IMG/VR virus record: IMGVR_UViG_3300017754_003767
From: an uncultured virus (IMG/VR IMGVR_UViG_3300017754_003767)
Taxonomy: Duplodnaviria; Heunggongvirae; Uroviricota; Caudoviricetes
Direction: 5' to 3' (one strand)
Length of the DNA: 64,000 bases
Shown: positions 25,307 to 34,573 of the stretch, in pieces
Position numbering within the stretch: the first letter of the stretch is position 1
Layout: each line of letters begins with the position of its first letter
The notes under the pieces: model-generated
What the model saw: only the letters and a program-made list of their open reading frames with translations
What the model was told of the DNA's origin: nothing
Databases searched by the model: none
Program-made: the position numbers and the translations under genes

Positions 25307-25528
25307 TCAGGAAGGTTGGGTAATAGCTTGGTAGTAATCAGACATTGCAGCTAGTAGTTCCTTGGTACCACAAGGTAATCCTCCCATCAAAGTCTGGGAT
25401 TCACGGTCGATCCAATCAGGATCTCCCTTGTAGTCATCTACTTGCACCTGGTAGTGGAGCATGGTTGATTCTCCACTATGCCAGGTGATGCGCTCAGTCG
25501 CGCCTTCGTAGGGATAATAACAGAGCAT
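25307..25528 (-). CDS. Hypothetical protein
   Basis: 73-aa ORF. Confidence 0.55.
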   Translation of the reverse strand: MLCYYPYEGATERITWHSGESTMLHYQVQVDDYKGDPDWIDRESQTLMGGLPCGTKELLAAMSDYYQAITQPS

Positions 25529-25609
25529 TGAGTTGAGCTCGGTAGGTTTGATGACAGGATGTTGAGTCCTGTTGAGGGGCCGGTTGGCCCCAGAGCAGGA
25601 GTCAGTTGA

Positions 25610-25768
25610 TCACTTAGTTGGATACTTAGTAATCTTCGGCATGATTGCTTGAGCCAGACCAATGCGTACCGCAATGATTGTCTTGCCAAGCTTCTCTTTG
25701 GTTCGGTCTTCTTCCAAAGCTTTGGCAGCTTTGTTGAGACCAGTAGCAATAGATTTACGGATGGACAT
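25610..25768 (-). CDS. Small basic protein (MSIRKSIATG...)
   Basis: Start immediately after leader element 5. Confidence 0.55.
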   Translation of the reverse strand: MSIRKSIATGLNKAAKALEEDRTKEKLGKTIIAVRIGLAQAIMPKITKYPTK

Positions 25769-25774
25769 GTTGCG

Positions 25775-25850
25775 TTGATTGACCACTCTCAGTGAGTGGT
25801 AATAACTGGACCAGGGTTTGCACCTGGTCACCCGCTTTAACGGATCAGCT
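25775..25850 (-). ncRNA. Mini-tRNA-like three-way junction + pseudoknot leader, copy 5
   Basis: AGCTG atccgt-taaa-gcgggt GACCAGG-tgcaaac-CCTGGTC CAGTT att ACCAC tcacTGAga GTGGT caa TCA. Confidence 0.6.
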
Positions 25851-25997
25851 GCGAACGCGTTCTTCACTAATGATGAACCGTTCACCTTCCTCTAGTTCCT
25901 GGGCTTGAACGTAATTGTCAGCCGCTGCACGGCTAGCAAATACTCCCATGAAGTGATCCTGGTACAGATCGCAGAGGGTAACAACGTAAACCGACAT
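25845..25997 (-). CDS. Hypothetical protein (50 aa)
   Basis: AGGAG SD; MSVYVVTL...MGVFASRAAADNYV. Confidence 0.65.
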   Translation of the reverse strand: MSVYVVTLCDLYQDHFMGVFASRAAADNYVQAQELEEGERFIISEERVRS

Positions 25998-26012
25998 GGC
26001 TTACTCCTGTTG

Positions 26013-26087
26013 TGTGGTGCCTATCTCCACTGGAGGCAATAGTTGCCGGTGGGTTTGCACCACCGGACCCGCTTTAACGGATCAACT
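26013..26087 (-). ncRNA. Mini-tRNA-like three-way junction + pseudoknot leader, copy 4
   Basis: AGTTG atccgt-taaa-gcgggt CCGGTGG-tgcaaac-CCACCGG CAACT at TGCCT ccaGTGGagat AGGCA CCAC. Confidence 0.7.
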
Positions 26088-26134
26088 TCTAGACCTAACC
26101 CCTGTAAGGGACCCCACTGGGGATAGGGGAGTAA

Positions 26135-26323
26135 TCAATTAGTGGAGTAGCCGTTAGCTGCGCACCAATCCATGTGAATGTCATGTGCTTGCTTGGGCCA
26201 ATCATGAGTAGCACATTGCTGTGCAGTTGCTTGATCTAGTTGATGCATCATTACTTGCGTGCCGATGCCAATGATGATTGCAGCAACACAAATCGATGTG
26301 GCCCAGTTCTTGAATGCAGTCAT
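26135..26323 (-). CDS. Small membrane protein
   Basis: MTAFKNW + TM; QQCATHDWP..AH..HMDWC. Confidence 0.6.
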   Translation of the reverse strand: MTAFKNWATSICVAAIIIGIGTQVMMHQLDQATAQQCATHDWPKQAHDIHMDWCAANGYSTN

Positions 26324-26337
26324 GATGTTGAGTTGAT

Positions 26338-26408
26338 GTGCGGTACCCATCTCCGCTGTGGGTAATTGTTGAGTGGGGGATTCGATCCCCCGGCTCACGC
26401 CTAGTCAG
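26338..26408 (-). ncRNA. Mini-tRNA-like three-way junction + pseudoknot leader, copy 3
   Basis: GGC-gtga-GCC GGGGG-atcgaat-CCCCC ... TACCC acaGCGGagat GGGTA CCGC. Confidence 0.65.
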
Positions 26409-26596
26409 ATGACCATCTCAACGTCAGACATCATCATCTCGGGGAGAGTGAGTAGTTGGATGTCGTTAGTTCCCTGGACGCCATCGTTTAACTCTGGTGA
26501 GTTGTAGATAAAGTCCAGTTGTGCGGCGTTCTCCATCGCCTCTTCTTTACAGAAGTAGACGCTATGTTGTACGCCGTTGAGGATTACGTAGAACAC
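26405..26596 (-). CDS. Hypothetical protein (GTG start)
   Basis: GGAG SD then VFYVILNGVQH... Confidence 0.55.
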   Translation of the reverse strand: MFYVILNGVQHSVYFCKEEAMENAAQLDFIYNSPELNDGVQGTNDIQLLTLPEMMMSDVEMVI

Positions 26597-26611
26597 GCAA
26601 GTGTCTCCGTG

Positions 26612-26688
26612 TGTGCGGTACCCATCTCCGCTGAGGGTAATTACCAAGCCAGGCATTGCACCTGGCAGGGAGCTATCACTCACTTGGC
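26612..26688 (-). ncRNA. Mini-tRNA-like three-way junction + pseudoknot leader, copy 2
   Basis: GCCAA..GCCAGG-tgcaatg-CCTGGC TTGGT aat TACCC tcaGCGGagat GGGTA CCGC. Confidence 0.65.
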
Positions 26689-26859
26689 TTGAAGCTGCTT
26701 AGCAAACTTACGTGCAGCTTCTAGGGACATGCTGGTACTGCAGTCATATCCCTTATGTGTCTTACGAATCAGCTTCGTGATTCGCGCTAGTCCCACCTCC
26801 TGGTTAGCAACGAAGTGATACGTTGCTTCCTTCGTGGTGATGGTATAGAAGATGTCCAT
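26680..26859 (-). CDS. Hypothetical protein (first gene of the leftward early block)
   Basis: MDIFYTITTKEA... Confidence 0.6.
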   Translation of the reverse strand: MDIFYTITTKEATYHFVANQEVGLARITKLIRKTHKGYDCSTSMSLEAARKFAKQLQAK

Positions 26860-26877
26860 TGTGTTGAGCTGAGTGTG

Positions 26878-26950
26878 TGTGGTGCCTATCTCCACGTGAG
26901 GCAATTGCTGAAGTAGGGATTCGATCCCCGGCTCACGCCTTGTCTTCAGC
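26878..26950 (-). ncRNA. Mini-tRNA-like three-way junction + pseudoknot leader, copy 1
   Basis: GCTGAAG acaa GGC-gtga-GCC GGGG-atcgaat-CCCT a CTTCAGC aat TGCCT cacGTGGagat AGGCA CCAC. Confidence 0.7.
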
Positions 26951-27600
26951 TAAGCATCTACAGTCACAATCAGTTCTCGCTCCACTAAAGTGTAGGCGAG
27001 CTATAATTGTTAGCTTTAGGTGGGTGATTGGGGTGTGCTGAGGTTACAGTTAGGTTACGGTCAGGAAACCCTAACTTATTAAGTGCGAATCTTCACACTC
27101 TCTTAACCTTTCAACGTAGTCAGGTGCTGCGCTCGGCGCTTCATCCCAGGGGTCTTACGCTTAATCTCCCGTCGCTCACTCCTACTACTAAACTTTCACA
27201 CCCCTCACCCTTTCTTTTTTCTATACACATCCTCTCTCGGGTGGGTGGGTGGAGAAGCGTTTAGTTACTAATAACCCAAATGGGGTCTAAACTTGGCGCC
27301 TGCCAAAGGCGCTGCAAATACTATAAATATGTAAGTTAAAAAGTATGTTAGGTAAAGTACCAAAGATTAAAAAATTCAAATTTACAATAAAACAAACAAC
27401 GGTAAACACTAAAAAATAACCGATTATACATAAAGTACAAACGGTGGATTCCCCTGGAACGCCCCTAAAAATATTTACGGCAAATTATTTAAAATTTAAA
27501 ATACACAAAAAAATAAAACCCCTAAATGGGGCTAGAAAGTATGATAAAAATGTAATGAAGTACCCTAGTTAGCCCAAGTTTTTAGACAAAAACCCGTCTT
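26951..27600. other. Long non-coding region at the early/late junction (candidate genome terminus, packaging site or origin)
   Basis: No credible ORF; pyrimidine/G tracts then a very A-rich stretch; gene orientation switches nearby. Confidence 0.45.
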
Positions 27601-27602
27601 AG

Positions 27603-27833
27603 TTACTTATTTTTCTTTACTTGGCGGGCCGCAGCGCGGGCAGCCTTACGGAACGCTTCTTCATCAGGGTGCTTAAATGCAAGTTGCTTAGCACCTTCGT
27701 TAATAAATCCACGAACGGTGAAAGCATCAGCCCCTTCAGACGCCATTTTCTCGGCACGGGACTTAATTGCCTCTAACCCTTCTACTTTTTTGACCTGATC
27801 TTGAAGATCCATGGGGATCTTTACCCGATTCAT
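27603..27833 (-). CDS. Small basic hypothetical protein
   Basis: MNRVKIPMDLQDQVKK... Confidence 0.55.
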   Translation of the reverse strand: MNRVKIPMDLQDQVKKVEGLEAIKSRAEKMASEGADAFTVRGFINEGAKQLAFKHPDEEAFRKAARAAARQVKKNK

Positions 27834-27920
27834 CAACTTTTTACTACTATACAACAAATATTTTTGGATTTTTGTCGCATAGAATAACTCAAGGACTAAA
27901 TATAGTGAGCGATAACCCAA

Positions 27921-30218
27921 ATGTTGCTGTCTCCCGCTGATTTTGACGCTTATTCTCGGGCAACAGGGCGTCCAGTACCAGAAGAACCGGAGGAAAAGGC
28001 TCGCCTGGTACCTGAAGTCTCTGAGTTTCGCCGTAATCAGCTCAAGTCACCCGAAACACAGCGCAGTGAGGGCTCTGGTCTCCTTCAGGCCCTTGGTATT
28101 GGGGCAGCAGTACTTGGTGGCGGGGCATTATTGGCGCGTGGCCTGGGTCGCAGGGGCGGCGTTCGGATGGGCAACGCCCAACAGGCGGCAAAAGAAGCAG
28201 TACAAGAGGTTAACGTTCAAGATTTTGGGAATGTGTACCGTGCGGCGGGGCGTCCTGCACCTTCTCGCCCTGCTCCCACACCAACTCCTACGCAGCGTAC
28301 CGCGACAGCACCTGCACCTACTCCTCGTCCGGCAGGTTCCAGGCAAGGTGGTGTTCAAGTAACCAACCTATACGAACTTGCAAACCTTAAACCGGAAGAT
28401 TTGCGTCGTGCACCTGAAACTTTAAGTGAAGCTGCGCAGTCCTTGAGCAGCAAAGATTTTATTTCCAACTATTTCAAACAATCCGCAACACCCGCAGGTG
28501 CTTTAACAAGTTCCGTAAATAATGTCATTGCTGTAGAAAAAGTTATCCCCGAATCCCTGGTAACCAAACAACAAACTATTGGTGGACGGGTTGCGGATCA
28601 AACTGCAAATGCAATTGATTCGGCAGAAGACCAGATGACTGGTCGCGTCAAATCTCAACTGCAACGCAACGAAGATCTTGACATGAGTCAGATCGACTTG
28701 CTCGAAGAGATGGCAGAACAAGACCGTAATTGGATGATGGAGCAGGATGAGCCCATCAATCAAGTTGCTTCTAAACTTCCTGATGGTTTGCCTGTTGACC
28801 AGGCAGAGGGTCTGGCAAAATCAAGCGCCCAAAGCTTCCTGCAACGTGAACGGGATGAAATTGCATCTCAACTGGGCGAACAAAATCTTCCTGTAACAAG
28901 TACTCGTATTGAACAAGAGCTTTCTCGTCGCCTTGGAAAAGAAGCTTCTGGATATGGCTCCAAGTACACGGCTCGCCGTCAAGCACTTGAACTTTTTGCA
29001 AAAACAGGTGATCCTCAATTAGCTGAAAAAGTACAACGCTTTGGTTTGTCACCGGTTACTTTTGAAACGATGGAAGGAATGCCGGCAGCAAAACGAGCCG
29101 GTTTTGAATCTGCTCCTGCAATGTCCTTGGATTATTACCCAAGTGAAGAGTTGACTGCTGCAGGGTTAAGCTCCAGCCAAAACATTAACCTCCCTGGAGT
29201 TGGCAATGTATCTCTTGCCGACATTAGGCGTCCCGTCGTTACTGAAAGTACTGCTCAACAGGCCGAAGAGTTTTATCAAGGACGCAAAGGCAAGGCACTT
29301 GATTGGCTTGGAGAAAAGAGGGTCGAGCTGGAACCCAAGCGTAATCAAATCCTAAAAGAACGTCAGTTACTTGCTCAACAAAGTGCCAATCAAATCATTC
29401 CACAACTCAATGAAGCAAAAGCAACAGGACAACTAGATAAAGTTGAAGAGCTTGAATTTAGCTTGAATACGCTTCGTAACTTATACAGAAATCCAAGGCT
29501 TGGTACGCACCGTGAAGGTGAACTCAGGTCTCTTGATGCACGTATTGCTAAGGCACAAAATAAAATTGCAGGAGATGTTGCAACGATTCAAAAACGATAC
29601 CCAACAACCCTTGAAGATTGGTCTGGAGAAGCACCTCGTTTATTTGCAGAGTTAGATCCAGATACCGGTGAAATCATTCCCGAAACCGTGGAACTACGTT
29701 CAGAACGTCCCATGGTAGACCTAGAGCCTAAAGGTGGTGGTGGGCGAAATGTTGCTGAGTTTGCCGCTGGCTCACGTAGTGCGACAGAAAATGCTATCCG
29801 TGAAGTTCAACAAGGTGGTCGTCGCACCAGGGTTCGCGACTTTGATATTGAAACCGGTGGCGCAGTTCAAAACTTTGAAGATGATCGTACTCAAACAGGA
29901 AGAGTAATTGGCCGCTATGGCATTCAACTCGCTGGCGAAAAACCTGCAGATACAACAAAACGTCCTTCGTTACCCAGGTACACAAAAGAAGAAATTCTTT
30001 CTACTGCCCTTGAGAATGCACAGGCTGATCCCTATGGAGACGCGCCCCTTCCTCCTGATTACGAAGAGATCACGGCAATCCTTGGCACAAAAGAAAAACC
30101 GTCAACTCGCCAGAATATCCGCGCTTCTGAAGATATACTTAGGATACAAAGATCTGCCCCTCCTGGCAAAGCACAAGCCCTTGTTAACCAATACTTGAAT
30201 AACTTACGCGGAGCTTGA
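27921..30218 (+). CDS. Large putative internal virion protein
   Basis: 765 aa; N-terminal Gly-rich TM segment, Pro-rich linker, coiled coils. Confidence 0.6.
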   Translation: MLLSPADFDAYSRATGRPVPEEPEEKARLVPEVSEFRRNQLKSPETQRSEGSGLLQALGIGAAVLGGGALLARGLGRRGGVRMGNAQQAAKEAVQEVNVQDFGNVYRAAGRPAPSRPAPTPTPTQRTATAPAPTPRPAGSRQGGVQVTNLYELANLKPEDLRRAPETLSEAAQSLSSKDFISNYFKQSATPAGALTSSVNNVIAVEKVIPESLVTKQQTIGGRVADQTANAIDSAEDQMTGRVKSQLQRNEDLDMSQIDLLEEMAEQDRNWMMEQDEPINQVASKLPDGLPVDQAEGLAKSSAQSFLQRERDEIASQLGEQNLPVTSTRIEQELSRRLGKEASGYGSKYTARRQALELFAKTGDPQLAEKVQRFGLSPVTFETMEGMPAAKRAGFESAPAMSLDYYPSEELTAAGLSSSQNINLPGVGNVSLADIRRPVVTESTAQQAEEFYQGRKGKALDWLGEKRVELEPKRNQILKERQLLAQQSANQIIPQLNEAKATGQLDKVEELEFSLNTLRNLYRNPRLGTHREGELRSLDARIAKAQNKIAGDVATIQKRYPTTLEDWSGEAPRLFAELDPDTGEIIPETVELRSERPMVDLEPKGGGGRNVAEFAAGSRSATENAIREVQQGGRRTRVRDFDIETGGAVQNFEDDRTQTGRVIGRYGIQLAGEKPADTTKRPSLPRYTKEEILSTALENAQADPYGDAPLPPDYEEITAILGTKEKPSTRQNIRASEDILRIQRSAPPGKAQALVNQYLNNLRGA

Positions 30219-30220
30219 TC

Positions 30221-30442
30221 ATGGCTGATAAAAAGAAAAAAGATAAAAAGTGGATCCAGGGGATGAGCATGAAGGAAGGCGCCTTCACTGCTAAAGCAAA
30301 AAAGAAGGGCATCACCACTGCTCAACTGCAAGAAAACGTTTTATCATCTCCTGAAAAATACGACGAAAAAACTGTCAAGCAAGCTCGGTTGCGCGAGACC
30401 TTGGTAGGATTACATCACAAGAAAAAACAAAACGATAAGTAA
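30221..30442 (+). CDS. Small basic protein
   Basis: KKWIQ....K.GAFTAKAKK.G...KQARL.ETL pattern. Confidence 0.65.
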   Translation: MADKKKKDKKWIQGMSMKEGAFTAKAKKKGITTAQLQENVLSSPEKYDEKTVKQARLRETLVGLHHKKKQNDK

Positions 30443-30444
30443 TC

Positions 30445-31038
30445 ATGCCACGGGATGCACGCTTAGAAGCAGCCACTTACTTTGATGGTACTTTTAACCG
30501 TAGTACCAAATTAAATTTCAATGACCTGTTCCGTGTACCTGCAGAACGCGTAGGTAAAGAAGCCCCCTGGAACCTAGGCCACTTTACTTCTAACGACTTT
30601 GTAGATCGCGTTAAATCAAAAGAACGTGTCTACAACTTACGCAAAGGTTTTGTAAATCCCGACAATCCGCAACAGTCAGAAGCATTTGTTGGCTTAGGAC
30701 GCTTTGAACCTGACAATCCCGACACTGGATATGACTTTGAAAATGGAAGGCCAATCACGCGTTCATTTACAGAAGATCCCGACTTTAATCCTTTGTGGCG
30801 TGAGAAGTTTTTACTAAGTCCTGTGCGTAGTCCCAAGGACGATATGACCAAAACAATGCCCAGTGTTTCGGACCCAGACCCACAAAACTTCCTTGCAATG
30901 CGTGCTAAAGAGCGTGCTGAACAAGATATGGAAGGATCTCCGACTGCAGAACAAGTTGTTAAATCAAAAGAGTTTAGTAAAAAAGAAGAAGCAGCCGCCG
31001 GTAAGAAAGTAGAGGAAGAAGAGGCCGCAGCGGAATAA
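30445..31038 (+). CDS. Hypothetical protein
   Basis: 197-aa ORF. Confidence 0.65.
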   Translation: MPRDARLEAATYFDGTFNRSTKLNFNDLFRVPAERVGKEAPWNLGHFTSNDFVDRVKSKERVYNLRKGFVNPDNPQQSEAFVGLGRFEPDNPDTGYDFENGRPITRSFTEDPDFNPLWREKFLLSPVRSPKDDMTKTMPSVSDPDPQNFLAMRAKERAEQDMEGSPTAEQVVKSKEFSKKEEAAAGKKVEEEEAAAE

Positions 31039-31075
31039 ATTTCATTGAAATATAATCAAAGAAAAGGTAGAAAAT

Positions 31076-31747
31076 ATGGCTGGCCGCGCTGACGTGCTAC
31101 GTGGATTAGGAGCAACTCTACAGGGCTTGAAGGCGCGTCTGGGCAATATCGGCATGGGCGGCCCCGTCCAACAAGTGCGTGTGTCCGGGCCAGGTGTAGG
31201 CGCCGTACGCAATCTTGGCAACGCAGTAGAAGCCTCCCCCTCAACCACCAGGCAACTAGCAGAAATGCTGGTACCTAATTCACTGTTAGCAGGTGGTCTC
31301 ACCTACATGGGTACGGGAGATCTTGGCCAAGCGGCATTGGCAGCTGGACTTGATTTTGGTGTTGGTGCAGGCGGTGTCGCACTGGCTGGGCGGTTTGCTC
31401 CAGGTCGTTCTGGAACTTTGACCTATAGAAATAAAGAAGGTAAAGAAATTTCTCAAAGTCATTATCAACCTTCCCTTCCGCAAAACATTGCGATGGGTGC
31501 GTCGCCTGTGGTATCAACCCTACTTCTTGCGGGCATGCAACCTCCATATCAACCACAAAGCCAAGAACAAGTTGCCACACAACAAGATGCGCAAAGGCAA
31601 GCAATTAATAACCTTCAGCAGGAATTAACTGCCCCTGGAACCAACTTTCAAATTCAAGGCTTACCGCAACGCGCTTTGAATGGCGAAGCCTCTTACGTTG
31701 CACCTAATGCCCTTGATCCTTATGGTCTTTCCAGGGGAATGATGTAA
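31076..31747 (+). CDS. Gly/Ala-rich putative virion or ejection protein
   Basis: Glycine-zipper-like hydrophobic segments. Confidence 0.55.
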   Translation: MAGRADVLRGLGATLQGLKARLGNIGMGGPVQQVRVSGPGVGAVRNLGNAVEASPSTTRQLAEMLVPNSLLAGGLTYMGTGDLGQAALAAGLDFGVGAGGVALAGRFAPGRSGTLTYRNKEGKEISQSHYQPSLPQNIAMGASPVVSTLLLAGMQPPYQPQSQEQVATQQDAQRQAINNLQQELTAPGTNFQIQGLPQRALNGEASYVAPNALDPYGLSRGMM

Positions 31748-32712
31748 TGTTTGCAAAAAATCTACTTTCAAATATTCCAGAAAAACTGCAACAAGTTGGT
31801 CAAAGCTTTGTTTCAGGTGTCAGAAAAGCGGATGCCGTTCAACGTAGACAGGTTAAAGAAACTGGATCTAACTACGGACAAAGCATTCTCGACCCTCGGT
31901 TCCGCACCAAATTACAAGGTCAAGGCGTAAGTTTTAAAAATAACCCGGCCGAATTCCTTGGCGCATATGCATCTAGGGGTTTAGTTGATATTGCCGCTGA
32001 TGGCACACGCACTTACTTCTGGCGCTACAACCATCCCCTTGCAATTTCTGCTGGGTTAAGCGACCTATACCTAGGTAACTACACACGTTCTGCTACAGGT
32101 AAAGCAGCAATTACTGCGGGTATTGGCATCCCAGCCATTGCAGCTGCTGGTACTTACGACATTACAAATCCTGGGGAGATGTTCCGTCCCAAGGGGTATG
32201 CACAGCGATATAGCGAAGAAGGAACTGATGATCGTCGTCAAACCACTCAACCAGGTGCTGAGTTATTTGAACGTTTCTTCCTGGGACGTACTGGTGATCC
32301 TCTTAAGTACGAAACGGCAAAACAAGATATTCCTGACCTGACACCTGAGCGCTGGGCCAACTATCAACGATTCCTGTACCAAGACAAAGGTTTGCTTGGG
32401 CTTGGTGTTGTGAAAGGAACGATGGAAAATCTGGAGGGCAATCCAGAGGTTCGTCTTCTTGGGTTCCCTGCCAATATCCCAATGGCAGGTGGTTTTGCTG
32501 GCGGTACGCTTGCAGCAAAAGCAGCGTTATCCCAAAAGACTCCCGTCAGTACACCTAACCGTCCAGCACGTCGCCTTGCAGGTGGCTTTGCTGCTGCAGT
32601 TGGCGGCTCTATTGGCGGGGTGTTACTTGGTAATGCAGTTAATGAGGTTATTGCAATGGGTAATCGCCCCACCTACCCATCTACTAATACATACGATCAG
32701 AATATAAGCTGA
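31747..32712 (+). CDS. Putative virion or ejection protein
   Basis: 321 aa; C-terminal Gly-rich TM segments. Confidence 0.55.
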   Translation: MFAKNLLSNIPEKLQQVGQSFVSGVRKADAVQRRQVKETGSNYGQSILDPRFRTKLQGQGVSFKNNPAEFLGAYASRGLVDIAADGTRTYFWRYNHPLAISAGLSDLYLGNYTRSATGKAAITAGIGIPAIAAAGTYDITNPGEMFRPKGYAQRYSEEGTDDRRQTTQPGAELFERFFLGRTGDPLKYETAKQDIPDLTPERWANYQRFLYQDKGLLGLGVVKGTMENLEGNPEVRLLGFPANIPMAGGFAGGTLAAKAALSQKTPVSTPNRPARRLAGGFAAAVGGSIGGVLLGNAVNEVIAMGNRPTYPSTNTYDQNIS

Positions 32713-32747
32713 TAAAATTAAGGTAATAAATAAATCATAAGGTTCAG

Positions 32748-33548
32748 ATGATTAACGAAATGGGACTGGTTCCGTCCAGAGAACCCGACCCCAGCATGTT
32801 TCAAAATCTTTTGAATTTGCTAGGCGGTGGCGTTACTGCAACCACGGAGTTTGTTGATAAAAATCGTGGCGGTCTTGGTAAAGTAGCTCGTTACGCCCCT
32901 GGCGCTTCCGTAGCCGTTGGTGAGCTTGCCCAAGGTGACGTGATGGGTGCACTAGGTGCCGGTGCGGGCGCGTACGGCATGGGCCAAGTAATGAAACGCG
33001 TAGCAGGTGGTATTCCGGCAACCACTCCGGTTGGCATGCTTGCCAAAGGTGCACTGTATGCAGGTGGTAGCCTCCTTGGTTCTAGCCTTGGTGCACAACT
33101 CGGTTCAGGTGTTGGTGCTCTCGGCAACCAGTTAATTGGTGGTACGCAAAACGCGGTGGGTGATGTAGCTAGCGCAATTGCTGGTACTCAACGTGAAGCT
33201 GGTACCGCTGCTGGTACTGGCAAAGAAGCTGGCCTTGGCGGCATGAGTCAACAAGAGATCAATAACATCCGCATGCTCAAAGAGATGGGCGTGAACATGC
33301 CTGCCGAAGCCCTGGAGCGCAGCTTCCAAATCACGAATAAAATGAAAGATCGTGATGTGGGCCGTCAGATGCAAATGAATCAGCAACTGGCAGGGTTAAC
33401 TGCACAGCTCCAGCGTAACCTTGGCGGCATGCAACTTGCAGGCCAGGCAATGTCTGGTGCAACTGGACTTACTTCGCAGATGCTGACTTCTAATCCTTAC
33501 CAGGCTTCCGTGCTGCAGACCGGCGGCATTCGCGGCCCCATGGGCTGA
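32748..33548 (+). CDS. Gly-rich putative virion or ejection protein
   Basis: Glycine zippers plus a Gln/Met-rich coil. Confidence 0.55.
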   Translation: MINEMGLVPSREPDPSMFQNLLNLLGGGVTATTEFVDKNRGGLGKVARYAPGASVAVGELAQGDVMGALGAGAGAYGMGQVMKRVAGGIPATTPVGMLAKGALYAGGSLLGSSLGAQLGSGVGALGNQLIGGTQNAVGDVASAIAGTQREAGTAAGTGKEAGLGGMSQQEINNIRMLKEMGVNMPAEALERSFQITNKMKDRDVGRQMQMNQQLAGLTAQLQRNLGGMQLAGQAMSGATGLTSQMLTSNPYQASVLQTGGIRGPMG

Positions 33549-33561
33549 TAGGAGTTTTGTC

Positions 33562-33975
33562 ATGACCAGCATTGCACAAAAGTATTTAACACCCTTTTCT
33601 TTTCTTAGTTCACCTGAGTACCAAGCTCTTTCCGAAACAGACAAGCCAAGGGCAATTGAAATGTTTAAATCAACCGATCCCGCAGGGGAGCGGTTGATTG
33701 ATTGGGCAATTCAACAAAATACTCCAGAAGCGCGTGAAAAACTTTTAAAACAACAACTGGAGTTTGATAAAGCTCGTGGTGAGCAGCAGATGAAATATCG
33801 TATGACTAACGATATTATCTCCAATATGGGTAAAGCTGCCTACTCAGCTTTTGGTGGCGGGCGCTTACCTTATGAATACTTAGGCCAAGGCATGGCCAAT
33901 GTCGGCAATGCTTACCTGGCTGGTCGTCAAGCTGTTGGTGTACCTGCTCCTGTTGTGGGCCAACGTTATTTTTAA
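33562..33975 (+). CDS. Hypothetical virion-associated protein
   Basis: AGGAG SD; 137 aa. Confidence 0.6.
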   Translation: MTSIAQKYLTPFSFLSSPEYQALSETDKPRAIEMFKSTDPAGERLIDWAIQQNTPEAREKLLKQQLEFDKARGEQQMKYRMTNDIISNMGKAAYSAFGGGRLPYEYLGQGMANVGNAYLAGRQAVGVPAPVVGQRYF

Positions 33976-33993
33976 GTAATGTAGAATAACAAT

Positions 33994-34548
33994 ATGAATT
34001 GGTCAAGCGCAAACTTTGGGTACAACTCAACGGGTGCGTTTAATTCGGCCGGTAATAACTTAACTAAAAATCCTCTAAAAGGAGGTGGAGGAGGCATGGC
34101 ATTTCCCTGGCTGGCTGCAGCTACATTCGGCAGCAGCGCACTCGAAGGTATCATGGGCGGTCGGCAATCAGCTGCAGATCGTGACTTTGCCGTTAAAATG
34201 GGTAAAATGCAGGCGGAAGCAGCTTTTCAGGGAGCTTTCCGTAATGCACAGTTGGGCCAGTGGAATACAACTGTCCTTCCCGGAGTTAACTATGAGATTC
34301 AAAAACAGGCCCGTAATTATGCAAATAAAGTTTTCAGGCCCGAAGAAATGTTTTTAGAGTCTGAAGAAAGAAAACGTATTGCACGCGACGAACTTTCCCC
34401 AGAGGCACGTCAATTAGGCGCACAAAACAGAGCAGATGCCATTGCGCGAAGTGCCGCAGATCGACGAGCAGTAACAGATGCAATGTTTGGTGCACCCGTA
34501 TTTACTTCTTCTCGTTACTCAAATCCAGCCTGGATGCAGACTGCTTAA
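33994..34548 (+). CDS. Pilot-protein-like hypothetical protein
   Basis: MAFPWLAAATFGSSALEGIMGG followed by an Ala/Gln coil. Confidence 0.55.
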   Translation: MNWSSANFGYNSTGAFNSAGNNLTKNPLKGGGGGMAFPWLAAATFGSSALEGIMGGRQSAADRDFAVKMGKMQAEAAFQGAFRNAQLGQWNTTVLPGVNYEIQKQARNYANKVFRPEEMFLESEERKRIARDELSPEARQLGAQNRADAIARSAADRRAVTDAMFGAPVFTSSRYSNPAWMQTA

Positions 34549-34573
34549 AATACAATAAAAGGAATCAGAGAAA

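Noticed and set aside
25775..26950. CRISPR array or true tRNA genes
   Set aside because: The repeats are long, divergent and separated by genes; there are no D or anticodon arms and no cas genes.
27028..27264. 78-aa + strand ORF in the junction region
   Set aside because: TTG start, no SD, low-complexity composition.
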